DNA of 64,000 nt from an uncultured Methanotrichaceae archaeon (GCA_964518035.1 CAZFFD010000001.1:9386-73385); one strand, 5' to 3'. Counted from the first letter of the stretch, positions 28,322 to 38,409 are shown. Program-made: numbers and translations. Notes: generated by a model from the sequence alone, not told the origin.

Positions 28322-28816
28322 CTATTGATTTCTCTCTTTTTCCATCGCCTGCAATCTCTTCACTACAGCCTCAGCGTGTCCCTTAACGGATACCTTCTTC
28401 CAGATATGGGCTACCTTTCCCTGCGGATCGATGAGAAAAGTCGACCGAATGGTTCCGTAGCTCTCCCTGCCGTACATCTTTTTCAGAGCCCAGGCTCCGT
28501 AAGCCTCCATCACCTTATGATCCACATCGCTGGCCAGTTTTATCTCCAGTCCGTTCTTCTCTGCAAACTTCCTGTGGCTGGCAGTTGAGTCTCGGCTGAC
28601 TCCGAGCACCTCGGCGCCAAGCTCCCGCAGAACAGGAAGGGCGGCTGTGAAGTCCAGCGCCTCGCGGGTACAGCCGCTGGTGTTGTCTTTTGGATAAAAG
28701 TACAGCACCAGCCACCTACCCTGATAGTCTTTAGAGCAGATCTCCCGTTCATCTCCACCGGGCAGACAGAACACGGGGGCAATATCTCCAACCTCGACCA
28801 TAAATTGCGCCTCCAT
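28322..28816 (-). CDS. bcp: Peroxiredoxin, Bcp type (thiol peroxidase)
   Basis: VGDIAPVF, VLYFYPKDNTSGCTREA (peroxidatic Cys) and GVSRDS motifs. An alternative start is ATG at 28801. Confidence 0.85.
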   Translation of the reverse strand: MEAQFMVEVGDIAPVFCLPGGDEREICSKDYQGRWLVLYFYPKDNTSGCTREALDFTAALPVLRELGAEVLGVSRDSTASHRKFAEKNGLEIKLASDVDHKVMEAYGAWALKKMYGRESYGTIRSTFLIDPQGKVAHIWKKVSVKGHAEAVVKRLQAMEKERNQ

Positions 28817-29058
28817 TTGAATTGCTTTTTATTTGCACTTCTGGCAATAAAGGGCTGTGGTAGTGGCGGCAGCGGCAATTTGGAGATCATGAAAATCCTC
28901 GCGAATCTCTTAATATTTTCGAAGTTCGCTGGGCATATCCTGCATGCTTTTGTCTTTTGTCTGGCAGAATTTTCATTTGTCAAAGGATAACCTTAATACG
29001 AAGATGTTGGCAGAATACCAATATATTAGCTGATAGCTGAGGTGAATTCCAGATAATC

Positions 29059-29538
29059 ATGGTGAGCACGGGCGGCAGCATGGGCGGAAGCTTTGAGCTT
29101 GACGAGGTGGATAGAATCATCCTTAAGAGTCTCCGGGAGAATTCCCGCATGAGCCTGCAGGAGATATCGAGAAAATCAGGAATATCTGATGCCACCATCC
29201 AGTTCAGGCTCAAGCGCATGAAGGCCAATGGTGCCATAGAGCGGTTCACCATTTCAGCCAATCCGGCAGCTACAGGCTATGTTGTAACTGCCATCATACT
29301 GGTCCAGACTGATGGAGACAGACACGATCAGGCGCTGATGGATCTTGCCAAGATCCCTCAGATCACCGAGGTCTACGGAATACTGGGCGAGTACGACCTC
29401 TTCCTCAAGATCTGGTCCAAGAGCCTGGAAGAGCTGAACGCCATCATAAACGACTGCATCAGATCTTTAGATGGCATTGAGGATCTCCATGAGATCGTTG
29501 TGGTGGAGAGGGCAAAAGAGGAGATGCCTCCGATCTAG
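29059..29538 (+). CDS. Lrp/AsnC family transcriptional regulator
   Basis: 159 aa. N-terminal HTH LDEVDRIILKSLRENSRMSLQEISRKSGISDATIQFRLKRM, followed by an RAM/AsnC_trans_reg-like C-terminal domain. Confidence 0.85.
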   Translation: MVSTGGSMGGSFELDEVDRIILKSLRENSRMSLQEISRKSGISDATIQFRLKRMKANGAIERFTISANPAATGYVVTAIILVQTDGDRHDQALMDLAKIPQITEVYGILGEYDLFLKIWSKSLEELNAIINDCIRSLDGIEDLHEIVVVERAKEEMPPI

Positions 29539-29540
29539 GG

Positions 29541-30707
29541 GTGGAAATGGTGGATTCAGGAAGCGTTAAAGATAAGGCAAAGGATCTGGGCCTGTTGAAG
29601 AAGAAAGACCCAAGCTCTGCTATCATCGAACTGGCAGACTCGCCATTGCCGATAACCGGAGAAAAGAGCCCTGAGAAGCCCAAGATCACCATAATCGATT
29701 ATGATGAGCAGCATTATCATGAGGCAGAGGTTAAAGATGTACAGGAGTGCTTCCGTTTTAAGAACCAGCCTACAGTAACCTGGATCAACATTGACGGCCT
29801 GCATCAGATGGACGTTTTAGAGAAGCTGGGATCATGCTATGGAATCCATCCTCTGGTCCTGGAGGATATCCTCACAGATCAGCGTCCGAAAATTGAGGAT
29901 TATGATGATTACATATTCATAGTGCTCAAGATGCTCTACTACGATGAAGTTGGTGAGAATGAGCCAGGCAACGAGGATGACGATGAGGTCGATGACGGTC
30001 TGGGGGACACCAATCTGGATATGGATCAGGTGAGCATGATCCTGGGACCTAATTTTATAATATCTTTTAAAGAGAAAGAGGTTGATGTATTTAATCCACT
30101 GCGAGACAGGCTCCGCACGGCCAAGGGCAAGATTCGAAAGCAGGGCGCGGACTACCTGGCCTATTCGATGATCGATGCCATCGTGGACCACTATTTCCTG
30201 ATCATGGAGAAGCTCGGCGATAGGTTCGAGGATCTGGAGGATGTTGTCGTCTCCGACCCTGAGCCCGGAATACTGCCCACCATCTACAATCTGAAGAGGG
30301 ATATGCTGTTTTTAAGAAAGTCGGTCTGGCCTTTGCGAGAGGCCATCAGCAAGATGCAGCGGACAGACTCCCCTCTTGTCTCCGAGGCGACCAAGATCTA
30401 TCTGAGAGATGTCTACGACCACACCATCCAGGTGATCGAGAACATCGAGACCTTTCGCGATATGTCTGCCTCGCTCCTGGAGACTTACCTCTCCAGCTTG
30501 AGCAACAAATTAAATGAGGTAATCAAGCTTCTCACCATCATCTCGACCATCTTCATTCCCCTCACGTTTCTTGCAGGGCTTTATGGGATGAACTTCAGGT
30601 TCATGCCTGAGCTTGAATCCCCGTGGGGCTATCCGGCTGTCTTGATATTGATGCTCCTCGTGGTAGTGGTAATGATGATATATTTCAGGAAAAAGGAATG
30701 GGTTTGA
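29541..30707 (+). CDS. corA: CorA family magnesium/cobalt transporter
   Basis: 388 aa. Signature YGMNF (LAGLYGMNFRFMPE) between two C-terminal TM helices. The start (GTG 29541 or ATG 29547) is 2-8 nt after the lrp stop. Confidence 0.9.
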   Translation: MEMVDSGSVKDKAKDLGLLKKKDPSSAIIELADSPLPITGEKSPEKPKITIIDYDEQHYHEAEVKDVQECFRFKNQPTVTWINIDGLHQMDVLEKLGSCYGIHPLVLEDILTDQRPKIEDYDDYIFIVLKMLYYDEVGENEPGNEDDDEVDDGLGDTNLDMDQVSMILGPNFIISFKEKEVDVFNPLRDRLRTAKGKIRKQGADYLAYSMIDAIVDHYFLIMEKLGDRFEDLEDVVVSDPEPGILPTIYNLKRDMLFLRKSVWPLREAISKMQRTDSPLVSEATKIYLRDVYDHTIQVIENIETFRDMSASLLETYLSSLSNKLNEVIKLLTIISTIFIPLTFLAGLYGMNFRFMPELESPWGYPAVLILMLLVVVVMMIYFRKKEWV

Positions 30708-30738
30708 ATATCCTGTTCCACACTGAGTCATTTTTATC

Positions 30739-31770
30739 CTAGGTGGCCTTCCCACTCAGGATCTTCTCGCAGCGCTGCACAATTCTCTCCAGTATGTCCA
30801 TGTCGTAGGGCTGATGCACTGGGACCAGGATCTCGGCCTCCAGCCCGGAGGAGTCTGGCGCAGCAGTGATGCCGTCCTCCTGCACTGCCAGGCGCAGGTC
30901 CTTGGCGATCTCCTCGACCATGGGGGTGAGCGGCTTGATGGGCCTTGCAGCGTTTGCCCTCTTCCGGAACCTTTTGAGCAGAGAGTCTATCTCGGCAGCC
31001 AATGGCTCGACGTCTCCAGCTCCAGCTTCCAGGCAAATTCTCTCTGCGCTCTCCTTGAGCTGGGAAAGCGTTCGCACGCTTGCCTCCAGCATCAAGCCGG
31101 AGTAGTGCGGTTTTACCCGTTCCGCATATCCGGGAGAGAGCACGAGCAGCTCAATCTCCTTGAGCTTCTCCAGGTCTTCAGCCTCCGGCTTGTAAGGGTT
31201 GACCACGATGTAGTCAAGAGCCAGGCGCAGAGCAAGGCTCTCGAACATGGGTGTGACGCCGACAAGCCTCTTGTCTTTGAGCAGAGCTCTCCTGATTGCC
31301 TGGGGGTTGGCAGAACTGATGCCGAAGTAGTCGGCAAAGCCCCGGGTGGTTGTTAGAAGTTTGGTATGCCCCTGCTTTTCGGAGTTGATCAGGCCTCTTT
31401 TCTCAAGCTCTTTGACGTGATCGTAGCTCTTGTTGCCCCGGATCTCTACAAGGTGGCTCTGCTTGATGGGCTGCTTGTAGGCGATGATAGCTAGAGTTCG
31501 AATCAACGGGGCCTCGATCTCTTTTGGGGCGAACGAGAGGATCTTGCCTGCCAGGCCGAAGCGAACCTGCATGGAATAGCCCTCGCCTATCTTCTTGATC
31601 TCGATTCCTGAGTTGCGAATGGCGTAATCAGCTGCGAGGTCGTCCGCAAGTGCCGTCGCCCGCTCTTCAGCCAGCCCGGAGATATCGGACAGCTCTTTGG
31701 GGGTTAGAGTTCTGCCTGAGGCAAAGAGGGCGGCTTCGATTGCAGCTTTGGAGTGTGAGTCTTCGGTCAA
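30739..31770 (-). CDS. scpB: Segregation and condensation protein B (ScpB) with a ~150-aa C-terminal extension
   Basis: N-terminal AAIEAALFASGRTLTPKELSDISGL and a second winged-helix region (LRTLAIIAYKQPIKQSHLVEIRG), typical of ScpB. Same strand as smc and scpA. Confidence 0.75.
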   Translation of the reverse strand: MTEDSHSKAAIEAALFASGRTLTPKELSDISGLAEERATALADDLAADYAIRNSGIEIKKIGEGYSMQVRFGLAGKILSFAPKEIEAPLIRTLAIIAYKQPIKQSHLVEIRGNKSYDHVKELEKRGLINSEKQGHTKLLTTTRGFADYFGISSANPQAIRRALLKDKRLVGVTPMFESLALRLALDYIVVNPYKPEAEDLEKLKEIELLVLSPGYAERVKPHYSGLMLEASVRTLSQLKESAERICLEAGAGDVEPLAAEIDSLLKRFRKRANAARPIKPLTPMVEEIAKDLRLAVQEDGITAAPDSSGLEAEILVPVHQPYDMDILERIVQRCEKILSGKAT

Positions 31771-31912
31771 TGTGATCTTGGGTGGTGTTTTCTTTAAAAG
31801 GGTTTAAGGTTATGCCAGAATGGGTGTCTATGTGGGAGTGGCTATGAATACGATGCATGATCTCTCCGCTGGGTCCAACCCACATAATCCCGCGAGGAAT
31901 CATGAAATCGTT

Positions 31913-32842
31913 CTATTGCTCATAATCGAAGTAATCATGGTCCACTCTTTTTACGGTATAATCTTGCACTTTCGTGACACCTATGTCGTGCTCAATCATT
32001 AACTGGGCAAGGCGTTCCCCATCGATGAGAACGATCTTCCGATCTGATTTTTCTACAAAATCCCAGGCCGCGGGCGTGAACTGAGAGGTCGTAATCATAA
32101 TGCCTTTTTGTGCTTTTTGGCCGCCCAAACTCCCTGCAAAAGCGCGCACTTCCTGGGCGCTAACTGTATTGCTCCATCTCTTCGCTTGGACGTAAACTAT
32201 ATCGAGTCCGAGTTTGTCTTGCTTGATTGTCCCATCGATTCCCTCATCACCGCTTCGACCTGTGACTTGGGCGGCATCGATTGCAGAGCCACCATACCCC
32301 ATTTTCAGGAGTAAATCGATAACCAATTCTTCAAAAAACCTTGAAGAGCATTTCATAATTTGCTCGATGAGATCATCAGATAGTTTTCTAACAATTTCCT
32401 GATAGCTGGCCACTAAAGCTTCTAACGGCGTCTGAAACTTGGCTTCTGCGCCATTGCCCTCTTCGAGATTCCTGGACTCATCACTCGGTGGGCGCGGAGA
32501 TTTATTATGCCACTGTTGGATACCCGGATATCTCATCAAAAGCTTGATGTCAATCTTTGGGGGATTGACTTTGAGGAGGTCCATACCCTGTTTTGTAATA
32601 TGAAAAATCCCTCGGTTGGTATTCTCGATAAGACCGGCTTTCTTCAGGTAGGCTCTGGCCCATGCAACACGGTTATCGAACCTGGCCTGTCTTCCGCTTG
32701 GAAGCAATTCTTTTATTTCAGCTTCAGTAAGGTTGAATTGAGCCGCCAGGGCAGCAGATACGTCGCTGTGTCTATGCTTTTCTCCATCTCCTGTTATTTT
32801 AAGCAACGGCAGCATTATTGTCTGGAAATCCGGAATTGCCAT
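31913..32842 (-). CDS. mrr: Mrr-type (type IV, modification-dependent) restriction endonuclease
   Basis: Mrr_N winged helix (MAIPDFQTIMLPLLK...FDNRVAWARAYLKKAGLIE) and an Mrr_cat PD-(D/E)xK core (GDEGIDG...VYVQAKRW). ATG 32842 is preferred over the track start 32917. Confidence 0.85.
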   Translation of the reverse strand: MAIPDFQTIMLPLLKITGDGEKHRHSDVSAALAAQFNLTEAEIKELLPSGRQARFDNRVAWARAYLKKAGLIENTNRGIFHITKQGMDLLKVNPPKIDIKLLMRYPGIQQWHNKSPRPPSDESRNLEEGNGAEAKFQTPLEALVASYQEIVRKLSDDLIEQIMKCSSRFFEELVIDLLLKMGYGGSAIDAAQVTGRSGDEGIDGTIKQDKLGLDIVYVQAKRWSNTVSAQEVRAFAGSLGGQKAQKGIMITTSQFTPAAWDFVEKSDRKIVLIDGERLAQLMIEHDIGVTKVQDYTVKRVDHDYFDYEQ

Positions 32843-32862
32843 TAGATTGCCTCTAAAAATCC

Positions 32863-33516
32863 CTACCCGTGCCTGCTGATAAACAGCTCCCCGAAGATCT
32901 CCTCCTGTTCGAGCCACACCTGCTTTCTCTGGGCCATGAAGAGCAGTGAGACGTAATTGGTGACTCCGTCCTCAGTCTTGCTGTTTTTGCTGTTTATGTC
33001 CCGGAAGGTGATGGTCGGCTTGTCCATGAACATGTCATCGAGAATGGGCCCCAGTGCCAGGATTCTGTCCTCGATTCCCTCGTCATGAGACAGATCGAGA
33101 ACCTTCTCCTCAGCCTCTGGCCACTTCTCTCTCATGGCCTTCCTCCTGCCCACCATCTCAGCCTTCTTCAGCTCTGAGATCAGCTCGTCGAGGGTGACTG
33201 GCCGCTTGGTGTGCCTTCTTACAGGAGGACGCGGCAGCTGGTCTTCGATCTCCTCCGCCTCAATCTCCTCGACCTCCGGCTCTGGCTCTTCCTCCTTCTG
33301 CTCCTCCATTGTGTCTGACTTGAGCCTCAGAAGAATGCTGGCGTAAAGCAGGGTCCGGGCGGGAATCCTCAGATCCCTCTTCTCAAGGGAATCGATGTAC
33401 TGCAGGAACTTCTCAGTGGCAACAGCTATGTCGATATCCCAGGGATCAATCTCTCCCCTCTTGGCAAGCTCGACCAAAACCTCAGCCGGCTCCCCGAACT
33501 CGAACTCGTCGTCCAT
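32863..33516 (-). CDS. scpA: Segregation and condensation protein A (ScpA kleisin)
   Basis: 217 aa. N-terminal LAKRGEIDPWDIDIAVATEKFLQYI and LLYASILLRLKS, an acidic linker, and a C-terminal winged helix. 10-nt gap after smc. Confidence 0.8.
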   Translation of the reverse strand: MDDEFEFGEPAEVLVELAKRGEIDPWDIDIAVATEKFLQYIDSLEKRDLRIPARTLLYASILLRLKSDTMEEQKEEEPEPEVEEIEAEEIEDQLPRPPVRRHTKRPVTLDELISELKKAEMVGRRKAMREKWPEAEEKVLDLSHDEGIEDRILALGPILDDMFMDKPTITFRDINSKNSKTEDGVTNYVSLLFMAQRKQVWLEQEEIFGELFISRHG

Positions 33517-33526
33517 CGTCTTCGCC

Positions 33527-36500
33527 TCAGCCTGTTGTGCAGATGCCAGTCACTGTTGTGATGTTGTCCTCCTGCATGGTCACGCCCAGGGTGTACTTCG
33601 ACTGGAGTATCATCGGCTTTCTTAGAGAGACCACTATGAACTGGGCCCTGGTTGCGATCTTCTTGATCAGCTTGGCCACTCTCTCCACATTGGCTCCATC
33701 CAGGAACATGTCTATCTCATCCATTGCATAGAATGGAGCTGGACGGTACATCTGAATGGAGAATATGAATGAGAGTGCAGTCAGGCTCTTCTCCCCGCCG
33801 GACATGGCCTCCAGGCGGTGGAAGGGCTTTCCGGCTGGCCGGGCCTTGATTGTCATTCCTGCAGTGAGCGGGTCCTCAGGATTCTCAAGAACCAGGTCTC
33901 CGTCGCCTCTGGAAAGCTCCTGGAATATCAGCTTAAAGTTCTTGTTGATCTCTGTGAAGCTGGCCATGAAGGCCTCCTTCTTCATCTGATCGTACTTCTC
34001 AAGCTTGTCGATGATCGCCTCGCGTTCGCCTGAGAGGGTGCCTCTCCTCTGGACCAGGATGTCATGCCTTGTCAAGACATGATCATACTCCTGAATTGCG
34101 AGCATGTTCACAGGCTCCAGGTTCCTCATGGCCTCCGTCAGGGCTTTGATCTTCTCGGCCACGGTCTCGCTGTTGGGCGGCTCTTCTGTGGGATCAACTC
34201 CACTGCCCTCGATCTGGGCTCTCAGCTCATTGACCCGGCTCCCGATGACATCTCTCGCCGAGACTGTCGCATTCTTCCTGGCATCGATCCTGTCTTTCTC
34301 CCTCAGAGCCTGATCTATCTCCCTCTGCACGGCCAGAGCCTTCTCGACGTGCTGAACTCTCTCGCCCTTCAGCCCATGCAGTTCACCCTCAATCTCTGCC
34401 TCCCGCTTCTCGGCTGCGGCAAGCTGCTCCTTCAGGCCCGAAATCATGCCAGCTGACGCTTCCTTTTTGGCGTTGTCTTCAGCCTTCTCTGCGTCCAGCG
34501 ATCCTCTCTTGGATGACAGATCGGCCAGCTTCTCTTTCAGGCTCTCCTCACGAATCTTGTCCTTGAGGATCTCTGCATCAATCCCGGCTAACCTATCTTG
34601 CAGCCGCTTGATCTCCAGGCCGGCAGCATCAGCCTTCCTGTTAAGCTCCGGTATCTCTGAGCCCTTCAGCTCGCCCTCAAGCCGGTCGATCTTCTGCTGC
34701 ACACCGGATATTCTCTCCTCGGATGTGCCTATCTCGCCCTCAAGAAGCCTGAGCTGTTCCTTGTAGCCCAGAGATTCGCCCTCCATTGCCAGCAGACGCT
34801 CTCGTTTCTCTTTGATGGCGTTCTCCAGTCTAGGCCTGGATGATCCCATCTCGTCCATCTGGAAGGTCTTCTTGGAGATCTCACGGTTCATCTCCTCTAC
34901 CTCTCTTGCGAGCTTTGAGATCTGCTCTTCGATCTGGTCCTGCTTGTCAAGTCGGCTGCTCCTTTCGGCCTCCGCCTCGGCAATATTCTCTGACAGCTCC
35001 ATGAGCCTGGACTTCTCTTCGGCTGCAAACCTCATCTTGGAGCGGTAGTGTCCTCCGGTCATGGCTCCTGACTTCTCAACCAGGTCCCCTTCAAGTGTGA
35101 CCATGCGGTATCGGCCCATGAGCGGCCTCGCCGATGACAGGCTCTCCATCACGAGCGTATCTCGAAAGACATACCAGAAGGCAGGCAGGAACTTGGCGTC
35201 GAAGTCCACCAGGTTAAGGGCAAAGTCCACAACGCCCGGATGGTTGGGCTTGGAGGGGAGGCTGCCCCGTTCCAGCTTGTTCAATGGCAGAAACGTCGCC
35301 CTGCCGATCTGCGACCTCTTCAGGTACTCGATGGCCGAAGAGGCATCCATCTCGTTTGCAGCCACAATGCTCTGCAGACGTGCTCCTGCTGCCACCTCTA
35401 GCGCGGCAGAATAGCGACCTGTGACGTTTCCAAGCTCCGCAATTGTCCCAAAGAGCCCATCCAGCATCTGCCTTTTCATGGCTGACCTGACGGCTTCCAC
35501 TGCTCGGCTGTATCCAGACTTCTCCTCTGCGGCTCTCATCCGGCCATCGCTCTTGGCAAACTCGCTCTGAAGCCTCTGCAGCTCCCTCTCGGCCTCGGCG
35601 ATCTCACGGCGTAGCCGCAGACGGGCGCTCTCCAGGTCGTCTTTGTCCCTTTCCATGTGCATTGCCCGGCTGTTGAGGGACGCCAGCTCGGACTTGAGCA
35701 ACTTTGAATCATGGTCGATGCTGGCCAGAGAGTCCAGAGCCTCTTTTATTGCCGAGGACAGCTCTTCCTTCTCCAGGCCTCCGCGCCTGGTGGCGTCCAG
35801 CAGCCTGTCCCTCTCTCGCACGAGGTCGCCTAGTTTTGACTTTGCCTCCTCTCGGATCTGCCGGGCAGCGGCCAGATCGTCTCTGAGCACTGAGAACCTG
35901 GCATCCGCCTGGGCGAGCTTTGATTGGGCGTCGCCCTGAAGCTCCAGCTGATCCTCGAGCTCACCCCTGAGACTAGCTCCTCGAAGGCTCGCGTCTCTGA
36001 TTTTTTCAGCTAACGATCCTATCTCTTCAGTGACGCTCTCGGTCTGTGTAAAGCAGCTCTTCTGCTGCTTTTCTATGTCTGAGATGGCCTTGTCCATCAT
36101 CTCGATTCTGGCCGCCTCGCGGGCACACTCGCCCTTCAGCTCCTCGATTCTCCTCTTGACCGAGATCTGTTCGTCTTCGCCCTTGTGATTGATCTGCAAG
36201 CTTATGGACTGAAGCCTCGAATTCAGCCGGTCTAGCTCTGCTTTCCGGTCTTCCGACCTCTCCAGAAGAGTCTGGTTCTTGGCGTCAAGTGAGCTGATCT
36301 CTTCATCAAGCCCTGCCAGCTCGGCCATAGCCTCTTTGAGCCTGGCCAAAAGAAGGAACGCCTCTTGCCTGGATAGCTCCTCACGATGCGCCTGGTAGGA
36401 TAGGGCCCGATCCCTCTCGGCCTTGAGCCTGTCGAGCTGGGCTGCCACCTCCTCGATGATCACATCCACCCGGCCAATGCGCTCCCGGACCACATCCAGC

Positions 36501-37045
36501 TCATCCATCGCCTTCTTTTTCTTCTCATCGAACTCGGAGACTCCGGCAATCTCGTCTATGATCTTCCTTCTGTCACCAGGAGTCATCTCGATGATGCGCG
36601 TCACATCGCCCTGCATTACGATGTTGTAGCTCTCGGGGGTAATTCCCGCCTTGGCGAGCAGGTCCAGGAGCTCAGCCTGGCCGCAGGACTTTCCGTTAAA
36701 GTAATAAGAAGAGGCATATTTGTCGTGGTTGACCTTGATCTTTCTTGAGACCTCAATGGTATCCAGGTCCTGGGGAAAGATGCGGCTCGTGTTGTCCAGC
36801 TTGACTGTGACCTGAGCAAAGTCAGGATTCTTTCCGCTTTCGCCCCGGTAGATGAGGTCTGGCAGCCTCTCAGCCCTCATGGCACGCGAGCTTGAGAGGC
36901 ACAGGGCGAAGAGGAGGGCATCGACGATGTTGGACTTGCCTGAGCCGTTGGGGCCTGTGACCGTCACAAAATCGTTCTTGAGAGGGACCCGCACGCTCTT
37001 GCCAAAGGACTTGAAGTTCTTGAGTTCGACCTCTTTAATGTACAA
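33527..37045 (-). CDS. smc: SMC chromosome segregation ATPase
   Basis: 1172 aa. Walker A GPNGSGKSN, two long coiled coils around a hinge (GTIAELG...ALEVAAGARLQ), and C-terminal LSGGEKSLTAL with Walker B FYAMDEID. Confidence 0.95.
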   Translation of the reverse strand: MYIKEVELKNFKSFGKSVRVPLKNDFVTVTGPNGSGKSNIVDALLFALCLSSSRAMRAERLPDLIYRGESGKNPDFAQVTVKLDNTSRIFPQDLDTIEVSRKIKVNHDKYASSYYFNGKSCGQAELLDLLAKAGITPESYNIVMQGDVTRIIEMTPGDRRKIIDEIAGVSEFDEKKKKAMDELDVVRERIGRVDVIIEEVAAQLDRLKAERDRALSYQAHREELSRQEAFLLLARLKEAMAELAGLDEEISSLDAKNQTLLERSEDRKAELDRLNSRLQSISLQINHKGEDEQISVKRRIEELKGECAREAARIEMMDKAISDIEKQQKSCFTQTESVTEEIGSLAEKIRDASLRGASLRGELEDQLELQGDAQSKLAQADARFSVLRDDLAAARQIREEAKSKLGDLVRERDRLLDATRRGGLEKEELSSAIKEALDSLASIDHDSKLLKSELASLNSRAMHMERDKDDLESARLRLRREIAEAERELQRLQSEFAKSDGRMRAAEEKSGYSRAVEAVRSAMKRQMLDGLFGTIAELGNVTGRYSAALEVAAGARLQSIVAANEMDASSAIEYLKRSQIGRATFLPLNKLERGSLPSKPNHPGVVDFALNLVDFDAKFLPAFWYVFRDTLVMESLSSARPLMGRYRMVTLEGDLVEKSGAMTGGHYRSKMRFAAEEKSRLMELSENIAEAEAERSSRLDKQDQIEEQISKLAREVEEMNREISKKTFQMDEMGSSRPRLENAIKEKRERLLAMEGESLGYKEQLRLLEGEIGTSEERISGVQQKIDRLEGELKGSEIPELNRKADAAGLEIKRLQDRLAGIDAEILKDKIREESLKEKLADLSSKRGSLDAEKAEDNAKKEASAGMISGLKEQLAAAEKREAEIEGELHGLKGERVQHVEKALAVQREIDQALREKDRIDARKNATVSARDVIGSRVNELRAQIEGSGVDPTEEPPNSETVAEKIKALTEAMRNLEPVNMLAIQEYDHVLTRHDILVQRRGTLSGEREAIIDKLEKYDQMKKEAFMASFTEINKNFKLIFQELSRGDGDLVLENPEDPLTAGMTIKARPAGKPFHRLEAMSGGEKSLTALSFIFSIQMYRPAPFYAMDEIDMFLDGANVERVAKLIKKIATRAQFIVVSLRKPMILQSKYTLGVTMQEDNITTVTGICTTG

Positions 37046-37438
37046 TGGTTGCCTCCGCTAGGATCATAACCACTGATCGGTTGAAATCTTCTTGGATGCT
37101 CTGGTCTCTCATCCTCGTCAGCTCGCCCTATTCTTAGCGACAAGTTTTCTTAAAGGTATTGATTGTCCGGCGGACCTTTTGCCCTTTGCCCATGCTGCTC
37201 TTCGGCCATTAAGCAGATTCTCTAACTTATGTATGTATTCGAGGATGTATATATTGCTTTCCCATTTGTATCAAGTTCTAGCGCGCTGCTCTGTAATTCA
37301 GTTTGGCCAATATCTCCAGATAGATTATTAGTTTAATTTTGGGGCGCTTCCTAAATCAAAGCACTATCGGTGCCTCGTGTGTTGAATCTCATTTCAATCA
37401 CTTCTACACAAACCTTATCTTATGCTAGGCAAAGTAAT

Positions 37439-38395
37439 ATGCCTGGTGGGATTTATCTGATATCATATGAATTGAGATGGTCTGCTATCTTATTGGCGAT
37501 GTCACTCATGGTTATTCCGATGCACGCGCAGGAGATCAGGGGTGCTATTGCCACTGATACATATTGGTGGACTGCAGATAACTTTGCCGGCTTCTACTAC
37601 GACATTGATTCCGACATTAAGACAGAAGAGCTGATTGCAACTGTCTCTGAGGGCAAGAAACTCCTGGAGCCCGACGGCGTTACATATAACACCAGGGCTA
37701 TGGCAGACGACTTCGAGTTCGAGGATTGGGGGGCCTACAATGTCATCGGCTTCATGGGCGATAAGTACTTCGCGGGCTACCTTGATACCCCAGATACCAC
37801 CGACGACATCCTCTTCGAAGAATCTGATGACGAGAATGTTCTCTTCGACGAGCAGCTCCTGACTATTTTAATGGATAACGACAAGGAGACTATCATGGTG
37901 CCCGGCGTGCCCTTGGAGCTGGCAGAAGGATACAGACTGAACATTAAAAACATAGACAATAACGGCATGCTTCTGGAGTTGACAAAGAATGGACAGGTCC
38001 TTGACTCAAAGATCTTGTTGCCGTCAACATCATTTGCAGGAATGGATGACAAAACATACTGCTACAAGAAAGATATCGGTGACACGAACGGCATTGTGAC
38101 GATCGCGGTTCATTTCAAGAATGCGGTAACCATTGGAAACCAGACAATGGCCACAGTTGATGGACTGTGGCAGCTCTCTGACGAGGCTCGTGATGTGTCT
38201 ACAAACACTGAGTATGACATGATGACAATTCAGACAGTCACCTCTGATTCCATTACAATGAACAACGAGGACAACGATATCACACTCAGCAGGAATCAGG
38301 AAATCCGCCTCATGCCGGGCATCAGCATCAGGACCGCAAATTCCGATGACGATGCACTCAGGTATTACATTTTCTCAGAGATGAAATGCGAATAA
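37439..38395 (+). CDS. Secreted protein with an S-layer-related duplication domain (DUF1608-like, Methanosarcinales type)
   Basis: Signal peptide, then TDTYWWTADNFAGFYYDIDSD. This matches my recollection of the NFAGFYYDLD motif of the Methanosarcina S-layer duplication domain. ATG 37439 is preferred over GTG 37370. Confidence 0.55.
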   Translation: MPGGIYLISYELRWSAILLAMSLMVIPMHAQEIRGAIATDTYWWTADNFAGFYYDIDSDIKTEELIATVSEGKKLLEPDGVTYNTRAMADDFEFEDWGAYNVIGFMGDKYFAGYLDTPDTTDDILFEESDDENVLFDEQLLTILMDNDKETIMVPGVPLELAEGYRLNIKNIDNNGMLLELTKNGQVLDSKILLPSTSFAGMDDKTYCYKKDIGDTNGIVTIAVHFKNAVTIGNQTMATVDGLWQLSDEARDVSTNTEYDMMTIQTVTSDSITMNNEDNDITLSRNQEIRLMPGISIRTANSDDDALRYYIFSEMKCE

Positions 38396-38409
38396 AAAAA
38401 TAGCAGTTT

